The translations under genes and the position numbers were made by a program. Shown in pieces: positions 56,948 through 64,000 of a DNA stretch of 64,000 nucleotides. This DNA is from a virus. Numbering within the stretch: the first letter of the stretch is position 1; each line of letters opens with the position of its first letter. The stretch lies in IMG/VR virus record IMGVR_UViG_3300048573_000442. The stretch is one strand, 5' to 3'. The notes below the pieces were generated by a model. It saw only the letters and a list, made by a program, of their open reading frames with translations, did no database searches and had not been told where the DNA came from.

Positions 56948-58024
56948 ATGCCTTCATTTAATTTGGGTAAAACCCTGGCAGCGTCCTTATCAGTACCGTT
57001 AGCAAATGTTGCAAATGCCGCTTCAAACGCAGTTGCTGATAGCGTTGGCAGAGTTGTTTCATCTGCTGCCCAGAGCGTAGCGAATTACGCTCTACCAGAC
57101 GGCGTAACTAAAGCTGCCGAAGCTGCAAACAAGTTACTAAAACAAAACAATATCGGGGACTTTTCAAATCTTACGTCCACTGTTAAATTGGAAACGAAAA
57201 GTGGAGTAACTTCCATTTCTGATGCAGCCAGCGGGAAAATATTAACGCAAGTTGGCCAAGAAGAAACAAATAACGAAGAAGCGGAATTTACTCCGCCCAC
57301 AAAAGAGTTAAAGGTTACCATTTATCAAGAGCCTGCTGGAATCCGACCGGTTATTTTTGATGTCATGCCCACCATTTCAGAAGATGGTTCAGCTTCATAT
57401 GAAGCGTTTTCACCAATTCACCATCCTGGCGAAATCCTAAAATACGTAGGTTCGTCTGCTCGCTCGTGGCAAATTAGTGCCCAATTAGTTTCTCGTAATA
57501 TTGCAGAGGCAAGTAAAAACTTAACGACTCTAAATATTATTAGATCTTGGCGCATGCCGTTTTATGGGCTTGGAACGGAAGCAACAGATGCAGAACTCCT
57601 TGGCGCACCGCCGCCAATTCTGACGTTATCAGCTTATGGCAATAGCGTAATTGGCCCGGTAAAATGTGTCCTAGAATCATATTCTACTAGCTGGCCAAAC
57701 GACGTAGATTATCTGCAGGCAATAGATGAATTGACGGGACAATCTTCCCCGTTTCCTGTAATCTTATCAATAAACATCAACTTGAAAGAGTCTTGGTCTC
57801 CAAAGGAGTTTAGCAATTTCAGCTTGCGAGGTTACCAACGCGGTGACATGCAGTCTGCTTTTTCTGCTGTTAGGGGGCCAAGGCCGACTATAGGGGCAGG
57901 AACGGGAACAACAGGGTCATGGGGTGGCGAAGCGAGAGATGCTTCTGGGAAACGGTACAGCTTAAATGAACCTGCAACTTGGGGCGGAGAAGCAAGGGAT
58001 GCTTCTGGCACAAGGTTTAACTAA
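56948..58024 (+). CDS. baseplate/tube-cap protein (gp48-like tube fold)
   Basis: P.ISE...ASY.....HPG...Y..S..R.W, PPP.L.L, P..L.I...LKE; start of the baseplate cluster. Confidence 0.5.
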   Translation: MPSFNLGKTLAASLSVPLANVANAASNAVADSVGRVVSSAAQSVANYALPDGVTKAAEAANKLLKQNNIGDFSNLTSTVKLETKSGVTSISDAASGKILTQVGQEETNNEEAEFTPPTKELKVTIYQEPAGIRPVIFDVMPTISEDGSASYEAFSPIHHPGEILKYVGSSARSWQISAQLVSRNIAEASKNLTTLNIIRSWRMPFYGLGTEATDAELLGAPPPILTLSAYGNSVIGPVKCVLESYSTSWPNDVDYLQAIDELTGQSSPFPVILSININLKESWSPKEFSNFSLRGYQRGDMQSAFSAVRGPRPTIGAGTGTTGSWGGEARDASGKRYSLNEPATWGGEARDASGTRFN

Positions 58025-58048
58025 ACAATCCTACATAGCAATCAAAAC

Positions 58049-58423
58049 ATGACTAATAGCAACTCTTTATACAACAAATTCTCAAGATATGTAGGTGGAG
58101 GAATTACTGAAACCTCTGGCGACTTCCTAGAATGGTGGGAACGCGCTGAATTTGAGCAAGATGAATCAGATATAGTTTACCCAGTTGAAAACTTTTATGA
58201 GGGTCGATTAGATTTAATCGCTTCAGTTTTCTACAATGAACCAAGATTGTGGTGGTTTATTGCCCAATACAACAACATCCTTAACCCTGCAGAAGAAATA
58301 ACTGCTGGCCGCATTTTGCTAATACCTACAAAATCAAGGATTGCGTTAATGATAAATAGTAGACACGGTGGAGTGCAAAGCACTAGAGCGCCTGTCAATA
58401 CTATTTCCCAAATCATAAAATGA
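58049..58423 (+). CDS. gp53: baseplate wedge protein (LysM-like)
   Basis: YEGRLDLIASVFYNEPRLWWFIAQYNNI.NP..E..G..L.IP. Confidence 0.8.
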   Translation: MTNSNSLYNKFSRYVGGGITETSGDFLEWWERAEFEQDESDIVYPVENFYEGRLDLIASVFYNEPRLWWFIAQYNNILNPAEEITAGRILLIPTKSRIALMINSRHGGVQSTRAPVNTISQIIK

Positions 58424-60567
58424 CCACAAATTACGCAAACCCCTTGGATGACTTTAGGTCGTACACGTACCATCATATTCTCACGATTAGTAATACGACA
58501 GAGGCGTTCAGAAAAATGGTTTCACCCGATAAGGGAAAACCTCGTATTTTATCTGCTATCGAACGTGCCTCAATTGGGGATAAAATTGACATAGATGGCG
58601 ACCCAGCATATTTGCTGGTAGATACCAGAAGATTTTCACAATTTTCTATTACGGAAGTCGAGATGGAGCATATCTACGGCACCGGCCCAGTTTCAAATCC
58701 GTCCGTTCCGTCTGGAACAATGCGTGTCAAGCTCATAGACACAACAGGACTCACGTTTTTTAACTTCCTATCAGATGTATTAAGAAACAAGCTTAAGACT
58801 ACTAGGGCTTCTGCGTTCTTTCTTTTGACTATCGTGTTTGTTGGCCATAGACACGACGGAACCACAGAAACTATTTCAACGTGTAACATCCCGCTGATTT
58901 TGCTGTTAATGGGCTTTAAATTTAGTAGCAGCGGCACAGTGTTCGATATCGAGTTCATGGAAACAGAGGGTTCTGCTCAACGGGGAATGTCTTTCGAACA
59001 AATTAATAATTGCGGGTATGTTCGTTCAGCAACCACGAAGGGAGGACCCCCTACAGTTGGGCAAATGGCCCTCAATTTTGAAAAGCAGCTAAACATTAGA
59101 GCGCTAGAATTTTATCAAAAATACCAAAACTCTGCATTAAGCGAAACAGAAAAGGCTAATAGCTCAAGAGCTGGCAAACTGGTTCAGTACATGATTACTT
59201 TGCCAAATTCGAAGCAATTCAATTGGGCCGACGGATTTAAAATTACTGTAGCCAATCCGTCCCAACACCAAGAACAATACTTTATCGCAGGCGGGGAGGC
59301 GTTGGGCCAAAACGAACTTTTGGGGATTGGGGCCCAAAATTCTTTTGCAGGAGAACCCGAGGAAGAAAAAGAAGGCTTGACACAAAGCTCAAACGGAAAA
59401 GAAATCGATTACACTTTAAGCTTCTCAAAAAATGCTTCAATTGCAGACGTGCTTAAAAAAATTCTTGAGAGTTCCGAGGACTTTCTAAAATTGGCAGGTC
59501 AGAAATCAATAGAAGCTAACAATGGATTGACTTGCAAAATTGTTACTAATATCACCAGTGATAAAAACACGTATTTGATTCACTACGACATTTACCCCGT
59601 AACTATCCCAAAGGCCGTAACGGGTCCAAAAACTGGGGCTACAGCGACTGGACTCTCAGTCAACGGTTTAAATTTGTTAAACTATGATTATATTTTCACG
59701 GGTAAAAATAGTCACATTAAAGATTTGGACATCATCTATAAGCCAGAGAGCGCAGTAGCATTGGACACAGAGGTAGATATCGGTGTTAGTCGGCATAAGC
59801 GAATTGCAGAAAGTGGTAACACCAAGGCTGGAGTCAAGGCTGCAGAAAAAGGGTCAGCTAAATCAAGTGACACGGCTTTTTTATTGCGCCCGAACGATCC
59901 AATATTTCCCCCTGAAGAAACTTCTGACCAACAGAAAAATAACAATTCAAATAGGAAAGAAACTGCGACAAGAGATGAAGCGATTGAAAGCTTTAGGGTT
60001 AAACAGGAATATGTCAGGAGCTTAGCATTTTTCCATTTTGTGAGTTCCTTAGATCTGGAAATGACAATTCGCGGAAACCCAAACATTATGCGAAAATATG
60101 CCGATCGCGAAGAACGTGGCGGTGTTGCCCCGCACGGAAACATAATTGATACCAAAGTTCTAGAATCACTGAATAAACAGAAACCTGATTCAGCAGGCTC
60201 GAATTATAGCACCGCAATTGCCGAAAGGCTTAACACTGCGAAGAAGCAATACTACGAAGAATACTATCAGCCGAGATTGCAAAAAATAACGACTGCGCAG
60301 CCAAGACCGAATGATTCGTTATTGGGAAATGGGGATATAGTCACATCCCCGATATTCGTGAAACTAAATATTAGGGCCCCAAACGTAGACAACCTTGGAG
60401 CCGCGCTTGCTGATGGCCCGATGTTTACCGACCAGTTTTTCTATGATGGGCCGTACATGGTTCTTTTTGTTAAACACTCGCTAATTAACGGGGAATTTAC
60501 GCAAACATTAAGCTTAATACCTTTTGATATTAATGGGAAATTTTCCACTTCTGGGGATGCACCATGA
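58420..60567 (+). CDS. baseplate hub protein (gp27-like)
   Basis: 715 aa between gp53 and gp5; NPL..F.SY.Y, ITEVEM, M.IRGNP, H....G.FTQ.L end. Confidence 0.55.
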   Translation: MTTNYANPLDDFRSYTYHHILTISNTTEAFRKMVSPDKGKPRILSAIERASIGDKIDIDGDPAYLLVDTRRFSQFSITEVEMEHIYGTGPVSNPSVPSGTMRVKLIDTTGLTFFNFLSDVLRNKLKTTRASAFFLLTIVFVGHRHDGTTETISTCNIPLILLLMGFKFSSSGTVFDIEFMETEGSAQRGMSFEQINNCGYVRSATTKGGPPTVGQMALNFEKQLNIRALEFYQKYQNSALSETEKANSSRAGKLVQYMITLPNSKQFNWADGFKITVANPSQHQEQYFIAGGEALGQNELLGIGAQNSFAGEPEEEKEGLTQSSNGKEIDYTLSFSKNASIADVLKKILESSEDFLKLAGQKSIEANNGLTCKIVTNITSDKNTYLIHYDIYPVTIPKAVTGPKTGATATGLSVNGLNLLNYDYIFTGKNSHIKDLDIIYKPESAVALDTEVDIGVSRHKRIAESGNTKAGVKAAEKGSAKSSDTAFLLRPNDPIFPPEETSDQQKNNNSNRKETATRDEAIESFRVKQEYVRSLAFFHFVSSLDLEMTIRGNPNIMRKYADREERGGVAPHGNIIDTKVLESLNKQKPDSAGSNYSTAIAERLNTAKKQYYEEYYQPRLQKITTAQPRPNDSLLGNGDIVTSPIFVKLNIRAPNVDNLGAALADGPMFTDQFFYDGPYMVLFVKHSLINGEFTQTLSLIPFDINGKFSTSGDAP

Positions 60568-61832
60568 ACCGACAAATACAGCGATCACTTAATGACTCGA
60601 TTCCATTTATAGTAGAGGGTCAAGTAGTTGACACTTCTGACCCGGACCAAATGGGTCGAGTTAAAATTTGGATCCCATCTATTGATGGAGAAACTATAAG
60701 CGTTGATATTTTGCCCTGGGCAAACTATGCTTCGCCCCTGTTTGGTTTCACAGTTGAATACCCTCATGGTTCTGGGTCATCAGAAAATAAATCTGACTCG
60801 GCTTATGGATTATGGGCGATACCGAAAATCGGGGCGACCGTTTATGTTTTCTTTCTAAACGCAAACCCTGACGTAAGATGTTATTTTGCATGCTCTACAC
60901 GATTGCATCGCAATCGTTCGCTGCCTGCAGGCCGGAACATGGACCCAAATGGAAAAGTTGGTCCGTGGGGAGATTCTGGCGATGGGCGCGGAAATCTTCG
61001 TCCTTTACAACCTGCGTTTGATAATCTTCGTATTCAGTTCCAAAATAAATTGAATGAGTCGCAAGCCCAATCTCGTGGTGCCGTAGAGCGACAGGTTGCC
61101 CAAGCAAAAACAAACAAAGACGGACTCGAAGGCTATTCAAACGGCGCCAAAGACCAATCATCCTTGGAGCCACAAACTTATTCTTTGACAACACCAGGAG
61201 GCCACGCGCTCATTTTCCAGGATGACCCCACGGGAGCTCGGGCGAGATTAAAAACCGCAGATGGGAATCAAATCATTCTTGATGATGTCAACGAGAGAAT
61301 TTATATTAGTACTGCTCACGGAAAATCTTGGTTTGAAATGGATAAGGATGGGCATGTTCATGTTTACGGAGCATCCTCAATAAGCATGCGTGCGGGCAAA
61401 GATTTCAACATTGCTGCTGATGGGAACATCAATATGGAAGCGATGGGCGACATCAATCTTAAAGCTGGAGGAAATACAAACACTACTTCTGGCGGTGATT
61501 TGAATGCTGCTTCAGTAGGTTCTACGTCAATTTCTTCATGCGATAATGTAAATATCTCCAGCGAGAAAAAGGTAATGGTCACTGCGACTTCTGATTTGCA
61601 TTTATTGGCGCAACAGTCGTTAAAATTAACTGCCCGATCTGGAGCAGATTTTAGCGGCGGGGCATACATTTATGCTACGGCTTCAGCGATTCATTTGAAT
61701 GGTCCCGCTGCAAGTGCTGCTGATTCTGCAAAATGTGCAGCTCAAGCTTCTGGCCCAGTAATTATTCCTTCGCATGAACCATGGGTTAGACCTGAATCCC
61801 AAGACTCTCGCGGACCGAATTGGAAACCTTGA
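60564..61832 (+). CDS. gp5: baseplate central spike (gp5/VgrG-like)
   Basis: G.VVD..DP.QMGRVK OB-fold, LPWA, P.IG..V.V.F, T.GGH.....DD, beta-helix repeats, HEPW. Confidence 0.85.
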   Translation: MNRQIQRSLNDSIPFIVEGQVVDTSDPDQMGRVKIWIPSIDGETISVDILPWANYASPLFGFTVEYPHGSGSSENKSDSAYGLWAIPKIGATVYVFFLNANPDVRCYFACSTRLHRNRSLPAGRNMDPNGKVGPWGDSGDGRGNLRPLQPAFDNLRIQFQNKLNESQAQSRGAVERQVAQAKTNKDGLEGYSNGAKDQSSLEPQTYSLTTPGGHALIFQDDPTGARARLKTADGNQIILDDVNERIYISTAHGKSWFEMDKDGHVHVYGASSISMRAGKDFNIAADGNINMEAMGDINLKAGGNTNTTSGGDLNAASVGSTSISSCDNVNISSEKKVMVTATSDLHLLAQQSLKLTARSGADFSGGAYIYATASAIHLNGPAASAADSAKCAAQASGPVIIPSHEPWVRPESQDSRGPNWKP

Positions 61833-61845
61833 TTAGGGAAACAAC

Positions 61846-62217
61846 ATGACACGTGCTTTATACAAGGGATTTTCTACAGCAAATTGGAGAAAATCTCGTT
61901 CATTACAAGTTAACAACATTGATTTGGTTAAAATTGATCTACTCGCTCACATTTATACAGAACGCGGCGAACGAGTCATGATGCCAGGTTTCGGAACGAG
62001 AATCCCAGCATTAGCGTTTGAACCCAATGATGAAAACACTCGTAGAATTGTCGAGGAAGACTTAACAGAAGTGTTTAATTACGATCCGCGCGTTAGGTTA
62101 ATTTCCCTTAACGTGCTGTCGTTGCCCGATAACAACGCCATTGTTGCAATTGCAGATCTCCTTTATATTGAATTCGATGTTCGCGATAACCTGCGCATTG
62201 AAGTTGCCACACAATAA
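61846..62217 (+). CDS. gp25: baseplate wedge protein
   Basis: DL..HI.T..GERVMMPGFG..I..L.FEP, YDPRV. Confidence 0.9.
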   Translation: MTRALYKGFSTANWRKSRSLQVNNIDLVKIDLLAHIYTERGERVMMPGFGTRIPALAFEPNDENTRRIVEEDLTEVFNYDPRVRLISLNVLSLPDNNAIVAIADLLYIEFDVRDNLRIEVATQ

Positions 62218-62282
62218 AGTTCTTCACGCTATAGAACGTTTAGCTTTGCTGTCATAAATAACAAAAACACAATGGGACCACA

Positions 62283-64000
62283 ATGACTATCAAGAACACT
62301 TACGCAAGCGAAGCTTGGGATAAAGCATATAACGCATTCCAACAAATAAATTTTACTGCTTATGACTATGACACTATTAAAGAGTCACTGATACAGCACC
62401 TTAAGGTATATCACCCAGAAGACTTTAATGATTTTATTGAATCTTCGTCTCTAATTGCTATTTTGGAACTTTTTGCTTATATCGGCGAACAGCTTGCATA
62501 TCGTGTTGATGCCAATGCACATGAAAACTTTATTTCAACCGCGCAGAGAAAACAGTCAATCTTACGTCTTGCCCGCCTTGTATCTTATAAGGCGTCAAGA
62601 AATATTCCCGCGCGAGGTTTGGCAAAAATCGAATCGATCAGGACCTCAGAAACCGTATTTGATTCACTCGGAAATAACTTAGCTAATCTAGTTATAAACT
62701 GGAACGATTCTAACAACGTGAACTGGAAGGAACAGTTTTTCCTTGTACTAGGTCGTGTTTTGACTTCTAAGTTTGGACAGCCTGTTAAGGCCAACCAAAT
62801 CGGCGACGTTGCGATGAATCTATACACCCTGAACAATCAATTAAGTTCTTTCAGAAACGGCGTCTATGCCTTCTCCGCTTCTGGTGCCAACGAGCAAGTT
62901 CAAATGGAAGCGGTTCCTGCGGACATTGATGAAAATGGCCCAAGCGAAAGGGGACCAGACCTAAATGCGCAATTCAACATCATTTATGCAAGCGATGGAA
63001 AAGGCGATGGCTCAGATTATACTGGCTTCTTGCTATTTTTGAAACAGGGTACACTCTTACGAACCGACTATCGTATTACTGAACCTACTGCTAACCGCAG
63101 ACTTGAACTTGACGCCATCAACGTTAATGACACAGACGTATGGGTATATGGCGTAGACGAAAATGATACCATTACTGATGTATGGCATAAAGTCGATACG
63201 CTAAATGAGCAGAATCTGCAGTTCAATGATGTCAAAAAACGCAAAAAATATGAGATCGAAACTTTAGAGAATGATAGAGTTGCTTTCTTATTTGGTGACG
63301 GGAATTTTAGCGATTCTCCAGTTGGACGGTTCCAGCTATGGACCCGGGTTTCTGCAAATCAAACCGTTAACATTCCAAAAAACCGCATTTCGGGTCAACC
63401 GCTTTCATTCACCTACCTAAATGCACAACGTAATTCTCACAACTGTGACATTACATTCTCTTTGACTGCAGCAATGCAGAACAATTCTGCATCTGAAACC
63501 ATAGAGCAGATTAGACAGTCTGCGCCAGCCTCATATTCTGCCCAAAATCGGATGGTAAACGGCCAAGATTACAACACTTATATGCTAAAGGACCCGTCGG
63601 TCCTAAGGCTTAAAACTATTAACCGCACATTTGCAGGCCAGCCCAAGTATATCGAGTGGAACGATGCTTCGCGAAAATACGAAAATGTCAAATTGTTCGG
63701 CGACGATCTGACATTATTTTCCGATATTTCTGTTGACATGATTGAAACACGCGCAGCGCCGAGAACGCTCATTGACAGCACAATAGAACCACTACTTCAG
63801 ACAAATGGAGTATTCAATAGTATAGTTCACGCAATGGCGACTACGCCTAGTGCAGATGGTATTATTGTCTATCCGAGAAGAAAGTTGCTTGATGATAATC
63901 AAACAAAATATTTTAATTTAGACGGCACACCAGTTGCCCCATATGGCGAACTCTACAATGCATGGGTTCAAAGCACTATTACTAATGGCGGCGATGGATC
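62283..64000 (+). CDS. gp6: baseplate wedge protein, 3'-truncated by window edge
   Basis: Read directly: MTIKNTYASEAW...DYDTIKESLI..PEDFNDFIESS..ILELFAY....AYR.D....ENFI.TAQR..SILRLA; CATAAATA at 62253-62260. Confidence 0.9.
   Translation, partial: MTIKNTYASEAWDKAYNAFQQINFTAYDYDTIKESLIQHLKVYHPEDFNDFIESSSLIAILELFAYIGEQLAYRVDANAHENFISTAQRKQSILRLARLVSYKASRNIPARGLAKIESIRTSETVFDSLGNNLANLVINWNDSNNVNWKEQFFLVLGRVLTSKFGQPVKANQIGDVAMNLYTLNNQLSSFRNGVYAFSASGANEQVQMEAVPADIDENGPSERGPDLNAQFNIIYASDGKGDGSDYTGFLLFLKQGTLLRTDYRITEPTANRRLELDAINVNDTDVWVYGVDENDTITDVWHKVDTLNEQNLQFNDVKKRKKYEIETLENDRVAFLFGDGNFSDSPVGRFQLWTRVSANQTVNIPKNRISGQPLSFTYLNAQRNSHNCDITFSLTAAMQNNSASETIEQIRQSAPASYSAQNRMVNGQDYNTYMLKDPSVLRLKTINRTFAGQPKYIEWNDASRKYENVKLFGDDLTLFSDISVDMIETRAAPRTLIDSTIEPLLQTNGVFNSIVHAMATTPSADGIIVYPRRKLLDDNQTKYFNLDGTPVAPYGELYNAWVQSTITNGGDG

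Noticed and set aside
1-64000. Stop-codon recoding, as in some jumbo phages
   Set aside because: Conserved genes are full length in code 11, and TAG is used as a real stop (for example gp15 at 26324)
1-64000. tRNA, rRNA or structured ncRNA genes
   Set aside because: Intergenic gaps are short and no cloverleaf or rRNA-like segment was recognised by eye; a covariance-model scan would be needed to exclude them

Overview
This window is the virion-morphogenesis region of a large T4-like myophage in the standard genetic code; the host cannot be determined from the sequence. It encodes large terminase (with mini-intein), two gp4-like nucleases, tail tube, sheath, gp13/14/15 neck, major capsid, scaffold, prohead protease, portal (with mini-intein), tape measure, baseplate gp26/51/53/5/25/6, gp46/47 and the gp55 late sigma factor, with many NATAAATA late promoters. 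The most notable feature is an accessory cargo set. About 28 late genes begin with a short leader resembling the T4 internal-protein capsid-targeting sequence and ending in a gp21-type L/I/F-x-E cleavage site. They include a translationally coupled array of 8 (plus 2 dispersed) 21-aa LRR-like solenoid proteins that vary mainly at four predicted surface positions and show DNA-level module shuffling, seven R-S-E ADP-ribosyltransferase-like paralogs, three T7 gp0.7-like kinases, a P-loop kinase, a His-type ART-like protein and two GNATs. My inference, untested, is a head-packaged, injected arsenal of variable binders and protein-modifying enzymes. All family assignments come from motif recognition by eye; no database searches were run.
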